Source: an uncultured Bacillota bacterium (GTDB lineage Bacteria; Bacillota; Clostridia; Christensenellales; UBA1242). From it: DNA of 64,000 nucleotides. The position numbers were made by a program, and so were the translations under genes. Position 1 is the first letter of the stretch; the number at the start of each line of letters is the position of its first letter. The notes beneath the pieces were generated by a model. That model saw only the letters and a list, made by a program, of their open reading frames with translations. It did not search any database and was not told where the DNA came from. Positions 56,695 to 64,000 of the stretch are shown in pieces. Location: assembly GCA_900544595.1 (NCBI GenBank), contig UQVQ01000002.1:8756-72755 (forward strand). The letters run 5' to 3'.

Positions 56695-56723
56695 ATCATA
56701 TCATAAAGCGAAGTTAATGTCAA
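56695..56723 (-). promoter_or_regulatory. promoter of the str operon leader
   Basis: Minus strand: TTGACA, a 17-nt spacer, then TATGAT, with an A/T-rich UP-like tract upstream. Confidence 0.65.
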
Positions 56724-56803
56724 CAATTTTTTAAAAAAACTCAGTGAAAATTGAAAGGTAAATTTTTGTTTATTTTTCTGCCATTTAATGCTAAAATTAA
56801 CAT

Positions 56804-57376
56804 ATGAGAATTTCAGCAGGTAAATTTAAAAACAGAAACCTTGTTTTCGTTTCAAATGAAACAACTCGCCCAACAGCAAGCGTTGTTCGCGAGGCTCTTT
56901 TTTCAAAAATTCAACTTTCTTTGGAAGGGAAAATTTTCCTCGATTTGTTTTCGGGAAGCGGAAGCGTTGGAATTGAAGCTCTTTCGCGCGGCGCAAAAAA
57001 AGTTTATTTCGTTGAGAAAAACAGAAAAAACGCCGAAATAATTAAACAAAACCTTGAAAACTGCAAAGCAAGCAAAGACGAATTTGAAATTGATGTTTGC
57101 GACTATGCTTCAATGCTTGAAAAAACAAACGAAAAATTCGACTTTGTTTATATGGACCCACCCTACAAAAATTTAGAGTTCTATCTTACTGCTGCAAAAA
57201 TTTTGAAGGAAAGAAATTTATTAAATAACGACGCGCTTTTAATTTGCGAACACGACGCAAAACAAGAAATTTCGCTTCCTTCTTTTTCGCTTATCTCTCG
57301 AAAGAAATATGGAATTAAAATGCTTTCCTATTTCATTTTAGATATGGAAACCCAGCCCCTTCCAAATTTCGATTAA
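56804..57376 (+). CDS. rsmD: 16S rRNA (guanine966-N2)-methyltransferase RsmD
   Basis: RPT...VREALF, DLFSGSGSVGIEALSRGA, and MDPPY. Confidence 0.9.
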   Translation: MRISAGKFKNRNLVFVSNETTRPTASVVREALFSKIQLSLEGKIFLDLFSGSGSVGIEALSRGAKKVYFVEKNRKNAEIIKQNLENCKASKDEFEIDVCDYASMLEKTNEKFDFVYMDPPYKNLEFYLTAAKILKERNLLNNDALLICEHDAKQEISLPSFSLISRKKYGIKMLSYFILDMETQPLPNFD

Positions 57377-58460
57377 AAGAAATTGGGGTTGCAACAGACA
57401 TCAATTTAAGTTTAACTTGGTCGGGCGAAAGACGAGGTTCTTTTTCAAGCATAAGCGCGGCAAGCCCAGCAACCATTGGCGTTGCAACGCTTGTTCCGCT
57501 CATTTTTGTGTAGTCGGAAGAAGACAAATTTGAGCAAGAAGTTATGTTAACGCTTGGCGCAACAACATCGGGTTTATATCTTCGAAGCGCGGGCCCTCTT
57601 GAAGAGAAAGGAGCAATTGAAAATTCTTTTATATTAAATTCTCCGTTTTCGGCTCGATTATCGTTAAATCCGCCAACAGTAATTATTCTTGGGCTAATCC
57701 CTGGCGACTTTATCGTTTCAAATTCGGGTCCGCTGTTCCCCGCCGCCGCAACCATCGTTATTCCCTTGTTCCAAAGCGCTTCTGCCCCTTTCATAATTGG
57801 GTCGTTAATTCCAAGCGGCTCGCTTCCAAAACTCATGCAAACAACCTTAATGTTAAATTTCTTTGCATTGTCATAAATCCATTGCATTGCCTCCAAAATA
57901 TTAACTGCATTTGCTTCTCCATCTCCATTAAGTGCTTTAATTGAAATGATGTTGCTCTTTGGAGCAATTCCCGAAAATTTTCCGCCGCTCATAATTCCGT
58001 TTCCGCTTCCAACGCCCGCAACAAATGTTCCATGCCCATTGTCATCATATGGTCTTTTTTTGTTTGAAACTAAATCTATGAACGAAATAATCCTGTCCTT
58101 TTTAAGCATAAAATCAAGATGGGGCGCAATTCCCGTGTCGATGTAGGCAACCGTAACCCCCTCGCCCGAAAGCCCGTTTTCAGATGTTAAAATTTTTCGC
58201 GCAGTGTTCATAAGCGCAAGAACATTTGTTTGACGCGTCACACTTTTAATCCAACTTTTATTACAACCGTCAATAAGTTTGCTTGAATTTGTTTTTAACG
58301 CAACCGCTCCAATTATTGGAAGCTCCATAACAATTTCATCGCCAAAAAAATTTCGCGCTTTGTTAAAATCGCTCACATAAGCAATGCACTCAACATTATT
58401 TTTTAGGTTTAAACTAACAACTTGAAAAAGTTTCGATTCAATTTTTCTGCTGGCTCTCAT
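57333..58460 (-). CDS. S8 subtilisin-family serine peptidase (AprX-like, no signal peptide)
   Basis: Catalytic D (YIDTGI), H (DDNGHGT) and S (SGTSVATP). The ATG at 58460 follows an AAGGAA SD. The ORF-track GTG at 58475 overlaps the upstream stop. Confidence 0.85.
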   Translation of the reverse strand: MRASRKIESKLFQVVSLNLKNNVECIAYVSDFNKARNFFGDEIVMELPIIGAVALKTNSSKLIDGCNKSWIKSVTRQTNVLALMNTARKILTSENGLSGEGVTVAYIDTGIAPHLDFMLKKDRIISFIDLVSNKKRPYDDNGHGTFVAGVGSGNGIMSGGKFSGIAPKSNIISIKALNGDGEANAVNILEAMQWIYDNAKKFNIKVVCMSFGSEPLGINDPIMKGAEALWNKGITMVAAAGNSGPEFETIKSPGISPRIITVGGFNDNRAENGEFNIKEFSIAPFSSRGPALRRYKPDVVAPSVNITSCSNLSSSDYTKMSGTSVATPMVAGLAALMLEKEPRLSPDQVKLKLMSVATPISFNRNLEGAGFPYLK

Positions 58461-58471
58461 TTGTTTTCCTT

Positions 58472-58762
58472 TCACTCAATTTGTTTTAATAACTTATCAA
58501 TATTTTTAATTTGGTCGGGCGAAAGCATTGGCTTAATTCCTTCAATTTGATTAGCAAGATTTTCAAAGTTAAATTCGCCGTTTTGTTTTTGTTTTTCAAC
58601 CTGGCTAAAAAGTTCGCTAAGAAGCTGGTCTTGAGAAAACTTTGAATAATGCTCAACCTTCTTTCGAAGTTCCTCCTCGGTTGGCTTTTTCTGGTCAAAT
58701 TTAACATTTTCCCTTTCAATTTTTGGATTTTCTTTTGCAAATTCAAAAAGACTTTTTGTCAT
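58472..58762 (-). CDS. hypothetical 96-aa helical protein
   Basis: Clean ORF immediately upstream of the S8 peptidase gene. Confidence 0.6.
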   Translation of the reverse strand: MTKSLFEFAKENPKIERENVKFDQKKPTEEELRKKVEHYSKFSQDQLLSELFSQVEKQKQNGEFNFENLANQIEGIKPMLSPDQIKNIDKLLKQIE

Positions 58763-58829
58763 TTTACCTCCACTTTTTAACTAAAATATTATATGTTTCA
58801 TATATATATAATGTTTAAAAGGAATTCGT

Positions 58830-59246
58830 ATGGATTTTAAAAATCTTCTTTCTGCGCTTGGGCTTTTTTCAAGCCCGCCGCAACAAACCATTGAAAAAAA
58901 TGAGCAGCAAAACCAGTTTTCAAGTTACTTTCCCGCCGATGTTTTAACGCCACAAAACGAAAATGTTTCTTGCTTGAAAGATTTTTCGTCTTGTTCTCTC
59001 TCGGACTTAAACAACTTCCAGCAGCAAAATCAACCGCCTTTAAATCAAGGAGGACTTTCTTTGCAAACCCTTTTGCCTCTTCTTCTGCTTGCAATAAGCG
59101 GAAAAACAAACGTTGGGCAAATTCTTTCAAAAATCAGCGCGCTTTCGCCAGAACTTAAAAATCTTGAGCCGCTAACCAAACTTTTAACAAAAAACGAAGA
59201 AAAACCTTCTTCGCCTTCAATAGACAGTTATAAGAGAATTCAATGA
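58830..59246 (+). CDS. hypothetical Q/N/S/P-rich protein with one hydrophobic segment
   Basis: 138 aa. Its stop overlaps the upstream candidate murG start (ATGA). Confidence 0.55.
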   Translation: MDFKNLLSALGLFSSPPQQTIEKNEQQNQFSSYFPADVLTPQNENVSCLKDFSSCSLSDLNNFQQQNQPPLNQGGLSLQTLLPLLLLAISGKTNVGQILSKISALSPELKNLEPLTKLLTKNEEKPSSPSIDSYKRIQ

Positions 59247-60328
59247 GTGAAAGAATAAATATAGTAAGTTTATCACATCATAATAATATGAAAACAATCG
59301 TTTTAACAGGCGGAGGAACAGCCGGTCATGTTATGCCAAATCTTGCGCTTGTTCCAGAACTTGAAAAGCACTTTTCAAAAATTGTATACATAGGAACAAA
59401 CGGAATTGAAAAACAACTTGCCAAAAGCGCAAATCTTGAATTTAAACAGATTGAAGCAGTTAAATTTGTTCGAAGTTTAAGCCCAAAAAATCTGCTTATT
59501 CCCGCAAAACTTTTTCGGTCGATTTCGCAAGCAAAAAAAATTCTTAAAGAAATTAACCCATCGGTTGTTTTTTCAAAAGGCGGCTATGTTTCAATTCCTG
59601 TTGCAATTGCCGCAAAAAAACTTGGAATTCCAGTTTTAACACATGAAAGCGATCTTTCTCTTGGGCTTGCAAACAAAATTATTTCCCACTATGCAACCCT
59701 AACTTTAACAGCATTTGAAAAAACAGCAAAAGGGAAAAAGAAATTTGTTTTTTCTGGCTCGCCAGTTCGAAATCAAATTTTCAAAGGCGATAAATCAAAA
59801 ATTAAAGCAAACCTTTCGCGAAACAAAAAAACTGTTTTGTTTTTTGGCGGAAGCCTTGGCGCAAAAGCAATTAACGAAACCGTTTTTTCTTGCCTTGGCA
59901 TTTTAACAAAAAAATATAATGTGCTTCATATAACGGGAAAAGGAAAGAAAAAGGAACTTAAATTTCCAAACTATTTTGCCGTTGAATACACAAACGAAAT
60001 TGAAAACTTTTTTAACGCAGCCGACTATGTTGTTTGCCGCGCGGGCGCGAACTCCGTTTTTGAACTCCTTGCTCTTTGCAAACCAATGCTTTTAATTCCT
60101 CTTCCAAAAGCAGAAAGCCGCGGCGACCAAATTGACAACGCAAAATATTTTAAAGAAAAGGGAATGTGCGAAGTTTTATTCCAAGAAAATTTAAATTGTG
60201 AGAATTTAATTAAATCGTTAAAAAATTTGGAAAATAATTCAAAAATAATTCAAAAAAACATAAAAAAACAAGAAATTAAATCGCCAAATAAAAAACTTGT
60301 TGAAATTATTGTTGAAAATTCAAAATAA
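59243..60328 (+). CDS. murG: undecaprenyldiphospho-muramoylpentapeptide beta-N-acetylglucosaminyltransferase MurG
   Basis: LTGGGTAGHVMPNLAL and a C-terminal ADYVVCRAGANSVFE. The alternative start at 59288 (MKTIVLTGGG) looks more canonical. Confidence 0.9.
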   Translation: MSERINIVSLSHHNNMKTIVLTGGGTAGHVMPNLALVPELEKHFSKIVYIGTNGIEKQLAKSANLEFKQIEAVKFVRSLSPKNLLIPAKLFRSISQAKKILKEINPSVVFSKGGYVSIPVAIAAKKLGIPVLTHESDLSLGLANKIISHYATLTLTAFEKTAKGKKKFVFSGSPVRNQIFKGDKSKIKANLSRNKKTVLFFGGSLGAKAINETVFSCLGILTKKYNVLHITGKGKKKELKFPNYFAVEYTNEIENFFNAADYVVCRAGANSVFELLALCKPMLLIPLPKAESRGDQIDNAKYFKEKGMCEVLFQENLNCENLIKSLKNLENNSKIIQKNIKKQEIKSPNKKLVEIIVENSK

Positions 60329-60360
60329 AAAAAGAGCAAAGATTAGTTGCTCTTTTTATT
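60327..60360. terminator. bidirectional terminator
   Basis: AGAGCAA-agattag-TTGCTCT flanked by an A-run and a T-run. Confidence 0.8.
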
Positions 60361-60366
60361 TTTTAT

Positions 60367-61101
60367 TTATTTTTCAATTCCATTTTTTATTTTTGCGTTT
60401 TCTTGCGCTTTAAGCCATTTGCCGCAAGGGCTTTCCTTAAGTCCGCCACCAGTTAAATAATTAAAGCGTGACGTGAAATCATTTCCTTTTAAGGAAATAA
60501 GATTTGAAACAACAAGCAAAGGATATTCAATGCTGTTCCCTTTGCAAATTATTTCGTCAACGCTTTTGGCGCTTTCTAAATTTGGAAAAAACTTTTCTGA
60601 AATTTGTTTTTCTTTGCATCCTCTCAAACTTTCAAGTTTGTTTGAAATCCACTCTTGATTTTCGGCTGTGAGAATTAAATCCTCCGCCTTAACAAAAGAG
60701 GTTAAAATTTTTTCAAACATTTTTTGCGCACTTGCAAAACTTGTTTCATTTGACGAAAGGTTGCAAGGTTTAATTTTGTTTAAATCCTCCATCATCTCGC
60801 CAAAATCTTTATAAACAAAATTTTTGTGCATTATTTTTTCCATTTGCTTTTTGTCATATTTTTCCTTTTCGGCGTCAATAATTTCTTTTGCCTTGTCATA
60901 TCCCATATCTTTGAAAATTTCAAAAGTTATGTCATACATCTTGGAATGCGAATGCATGTATGCTTTTTTAATTCCTTCATAGTTTTTCGTTCTGTAATCT
61001 TCAACAACATCTGCATACGTCGAATAAATAAATTCGCTTTCGCTGTCATAAATCAATGTGTCATTGTCTCTAATTATTTTGAAATCTGTATTTAAATCCA
61101 T
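60367..61101 (-). CDS. hypothetical 244-aa cytoplasmic protein
   Basis: Clean ORF with no motif I recognise. It sits between ftsW and the inverted murG. Confidence 0.65.
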   Translation of the reverse strand: MDLNTDFKIIRDNDTLIYDSESEFIYSTYADVVEDYRTKNYEGIKKAYMHSHSKMYDITFEIFKDMGYDKAKEIIDAEKEKYDKKQMEKIMHKNFVYKDFGEMMEDLNKIKPCNLSSNETSFASAQKMFEKILTSFVKAEDLILTAENQEWISNKLESLRGCKEKQISEKFFPNLESAKSVDEIICKGNSIEYPLLVVSNLISLKGNDFTSRFNYLTGGGLKESPCGKWLKAQENAKIKNGIEK

Positions 61102-61216
61102 TTTTCCCTCGCCTTTATAAAAATATTATAAACTTTTTAATGTAATAAGTCAATATTCCACATCTTAAAAACCCTTCCAGAAGCATCTTTTCATAAACTT
61201 CTCCTAATTATCTTAT

Positions 61217-61251
61217 CATAAAAATGCTAAAACAGATATCTTTTTTAGCAT
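61217..61251 (-). terminator. intrinsic terminator of ftsW
   Basis: ATGCTAAAA...TTTTAGCAT followed by TTTTAT on the minus strand. Confidence 0.8.
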
Positions 61252-61281
61252 TAAAAAGCAAATGATATTAAAAACAGGTTG

Positions 61282-62517
61282 TTAAACCCTGCTTTGTTTT
61301 GAAACATTAAGGCAAACGCCAATTGCGCTCATAAAAACAACAAGCGACGTTGAGCCGGCGGAGATGAACGGAAGAGGAAGACCTGTTGGAGGAATCATGC
61401 CGCTAACAACAAAAAGGTTAATTATAACTTGAATTGAGATAACGCTTGCAACACCTAAAACAAGAAGCGCGCCAAAACGGTCTTTTGCTCGTTTTGCAAC
61501 GCCAATTAAAAGGAAAACCAAAATTGCAAAGCAAACAACAACAAGGGTTGCACCAAAAAATCCCAGTTCTTCGCCTATAATTGAAAAAACAAAGTCACTT
61601 TCCGAAAATGGCAAAAACAAATATTTTTGTCTTGAATTGAAAAGTCCAACGCCAAACATTCCGCCGCTTCCAAGAGAATATAGCGATTGAATAAGTTGAA
61701 ACCCCTCTCCTTGCGGATTTGCCCACGGATTTAAAAACGCCATAAATCTTTGAATTCGATATGGCTCCATAATAATCAGCGCAGGAACAGCCGCGGCAGC
61801 GGGAACACCCAGAATTAAAAAATGCTTAAGTTTTGCCCCGCCAACAAAAAGCATAAACAACATAACAAGCCCCATACACATTGTTATACTCATATTTGGT
61901 TCAAGAATGATTAAAACACAAAATCCAATTCCAACGCCTAGAACCGGCAAAAGAGATTTAAATTTTCCAATTGTTTCGTAATGTGACGAAAGATATTCCG
62001 CGGCAAAAAGAACGAACGCAAACTTTGCAAATTCGCTTGGCTGAATTGTGAAAAACCCAAGATTAAGCCAGCGCTTCGCTCCATAGTTTTCAACTCCAAT
62101 TCCCGGAATGAAAACAAGGGAAAGCAAAATTGCACTAACGACAACTCCAATCCAACTAAACTTTTTAAGTTTCTCATAGTTTATTCTTGAAAAGATTAGC
62201 ATTGCAATTGCTCCAAGAGCAACCCCAACAATTTGTTTTGTTAAATAGAAAAATTTATTGCCATAGCGATATTCTGCAACATAACTGCTTGCGCTGTAAA
62301 CCATTATGCAGCCAAAAATTCCAAGGCCAAGAACAAGAAAATATATTAAAAATGTTTTTTTATTAAAATTAAATATTTTTTTAAAATGATTTTCTTGAAT
62401 TTTTAATTTTTGATTTTCTTTTTTATTTTTTTCTTTATTTTTATTTATTTTATTAAAAAAATTATTTTTAAATGGATTTTTTAATATTTTAACATTATTT
62501 TTCATATTTTTCTCCAT
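61282..62517 (-). CDS. ftsW: SEDS-family peptidoglycan glycosyltransferase FtsW
   Basis: Polytopic, with conserved PSEFAK and LPFISAGSTS-type motifs and a Lys/Asn-rich N-terminal extension. It lies downstream of murD. Confidence 0.9.
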   Translation of the reverse strand: MEKNMKNNVKILKNPFKNNFFNKINKNKEKNKKENQKLKIQENHFKKIFNFNKKTFLIYFLVLGLGIFGCIMVYSASSYVAEYRYGNKFFYLTKQIVGVALGAIAMLIFSRINYEKLKKFSWIGVVVSAILLSLVFIPGIGVENYGAKRWLNLGFFTIQPSEFAKFAFVLFAAEYLSSHYETIGKFKSLLPVLGVGIGFCVLIILEPNMSITMCMGLVMLFMLFVGGAKLKHFLILGVPAAAAVPALIIMEPYRIQRFMAFLNPWANPQGEGFQLIQSLYSLGSGGMFGVGLFNSRQKYLFLPFSESDFVFSIIGEELGFFGATLVVVCFAILVFLLIGVAKRAKDRFGALLVLGVASVISIQVIINLFVVSGMIPPTGLPLPFISAGSTSLVVFMSAIGVCLNVSKQSRV

Positions 62518-63835
62518 TTAATATGTAATTTTTAAAATATTCTCCTCTTTCTTCATAATTTCGAAATTCATCAAAACTTGCGCACGCAGGCGAAAGAACA
62601 ATGTTTATTTTTTCGTTATTAAATTTTTCCCTATAAATTTCTTTTGCTTTCATAATTGCTTTGCCAAGCGAGGAAGCAACTTCAAAATTTTTAAAGCCCA
62701 CCTCATTTGCCGCACAAGAAAGTTTTTCCTTTGTTGCGCCAAACAAAACTGCAAATGCAACATTGTTGCTTAAATTTTTAAAAAGATGAACAAAATTTTC
62801 GCCCTTGTCGCTTCCCCCAAAAAGCGCAATTGTTTTTCCGCCAAGCGCTTGCAAGTCTGCCAAAACACTTGCAACATTTGTTGCCTTGCTATCGTTAACA
62901 TAACAAATGTTTTGCGTTTTTAAAACAATTTCAAGGCGGTCTTTAAGCGGCATAAAGTTTGAAACAACATTTTCAATTTGTTTGTTTGAAACGTTGCAAA
63001 GTTTTGCAATGCAAATTGCTGCAAGAATGTTTTCAAGATTTTTGCTTCCAACAAGTTTGATTTTTTCTGTTTTCATAACAAAAACATTTTCAAAGTTTTC
63101 TTTGAAATATATTTCGTCGTTTGAAATGTATGTTCCGTTATAGTTTTGGTTTTCAAACTGGTTGTTTAGCGAAAAGTAATATATTTTTGCTTTGCAATTT
63201 TTTGAAAGATTAAAAACATTCTTATCGTCATAATTGAAAACTGCAAAATCTGTTTCTGTTTGATTTCGAAAGATTTTTGCTTTTTGATTAACATAATTTT
63301 CAAAAGTTTTATGCCGCAAAAGATGGTCGGGCGCAAGATTTAAGATTGCCGAAATTTTTGGGCGAAAAGTTGTTGACGATTCAAGTTGAAACGAACTTGT
63401 TTCGCAAATGATGTTTGAATTTTCGCTTGAAACATTCCAAAGCGAAATTAAAGGGTTATCGGTGTTCCCAACATAAAAAGAATTTGCTCCCAAAATCTTT
63501 GTAAGCAAAATTGAAGTTGTTGTTTTTCCGTTTGTTCCAGTTATTGCAATTAAATTTCCCTTAACATTTTCAAAGCCAAGTTGAAGTTCGGAAATTGTTG
63601 GAACATTAAGTTCTTTCAAAGTTTTTGAAAGCGAAGTTTCCAAAGAAATTCCAGGGCTTAAAACTGCCAAATCAAGTTTTTCGGGTTTGAAGAAAAGTTT
63701 TTCGCCGTCTTGAAAGAAAAAGATTTTTGCGCCTTTTGCAAACAAAAATTTCTTTGCGGCGCTTCCCGTTAAGCCTTTCCCATAAACCAAAATTTTCTTT
63801 CTTTTAAATTGATTGTTTTTGCAAAAAATTTTCAA
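62495..63835 (-). CDS. murD: UDP-N-acetylmuramoylalanine--D-glutamate ligase MurD
   Basis: ILVYGKGLTGSA and GTNGKTTT. The TTG start overlaps the mraY stop. Confidence 0.9.
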   Translation of the reverse strand: MKIFCKNNQFKRKKILVYGKGLTGSAAKKFLFAKGAKIFFFQDGEKLFFKPEKLDLAVLSPGISLETSLSKTLKELNVPTISELQLGFENVKGNLIAITGTNGKTTTSILLTKILGANSFYVGNTDNPLISLWNVSSENSNIICETSSFQLESSTTFRPKISAILNLAPDHLLRHKTFENYVNQKAKIFRNQTETDFAVFNYDDKNVFNLSKNCKAKIYYFSLNNQFENQNYNGTYISNDEIYFKENFENVFVMKTEKIKLVGSKNLENILAAICIAKLCNVSNKQIENVVSNFMPLKDRLEIVLKTQNICYVNDSKATNVASVLADLQALGGKTIALFGGSDKGENFVHLFKNLSNNVAFAVLFGATKEKLSCAANEVGFKNFEVASSLGKAIMKAKEIYREKFNNEKINIVLSPACASFDEFRNYEERGEYFKNYILNGEKYEK

Positions 63836-64000
63836 ATTGAACTCGCATACATTGTTATTGCAATTGCAAGCGCACTCACTGCAATTGTTATAACTATATA
63901 TACGAAAGTAATTCGATTTTCATTCACGCCCTTTTTCTCAAAATGATGATGAAGCGGCGCCATTAAAAACACGCGTTTGCCCGTTCTTTTGAAATGTAAA
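63832..64000 (-). CDS. mraY: phospho-N-acetylmuramoyl-pentapeptide transferase MraY (3' end only; runs off the right edge)
   Basis: My own translation: ...KRTGKRVFLMAPLHHHFEKKGVNENRITFVYIVITIAVSALAIAITMYASSI-stop. This matches the conserved MAPxHHHFE C-terminus. Confidence 0.85.
   Translation of the reverse strand, partial: LHFKRTGKRVFLMAPLHHHFEKKGVNENRITFVYIVITIAVSALAIAITMYASSI

Overview
Low-GC Firmicutes-type chromosome segment, probably from a Clostridia-like endospore former because spoIIGA-sigE is present. Most of it is housekeeping: dnaB, addB-addA, rpsU, spoIIGA-sigE, rmuC, smc, plsX, argS, recR, ybaB, dnaX, a heterodimeric ABC exporter pair, engB, rpmF, ackA, the str operon (rpsL-rpsG-fusA-tuf), rsmD, and a rearranged dcw block (mraY-murD-ftsW with murG inverted). 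Three things are missing from the supplied ORF track. A phage terminase large-subunit ORF and the mraY 3' end run off the window edges, and a 54-codon ORF lies in the accessory island. The most interesting accessory content is listed here. (1) A phage-derived block sits at the left edge. (2) An 802-aa membrane-anchored coiled-coil protein ends in six tandem AT-hook (RGRP) repeats. (3) dnaX is split at an A9 run into a short product and a -1-frame C-terminal segment. (4) A tRNA-Arg(CCT)-flanked AT-rich island carries a TIGR02391/HEPN-like gene coupled to a tiny basic ORF, an hsdR remnant, an orphan gene, dense operator dyads and two candidate small RNAs. (5) Two 94-bp hairpin-forming direct repeats inflate the rpsG-fusA spacer. 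(6) A long rpsL leader ends in a strong intrinsic terminator. All functional calls rest on my own recognition of motifs; no database search was run.
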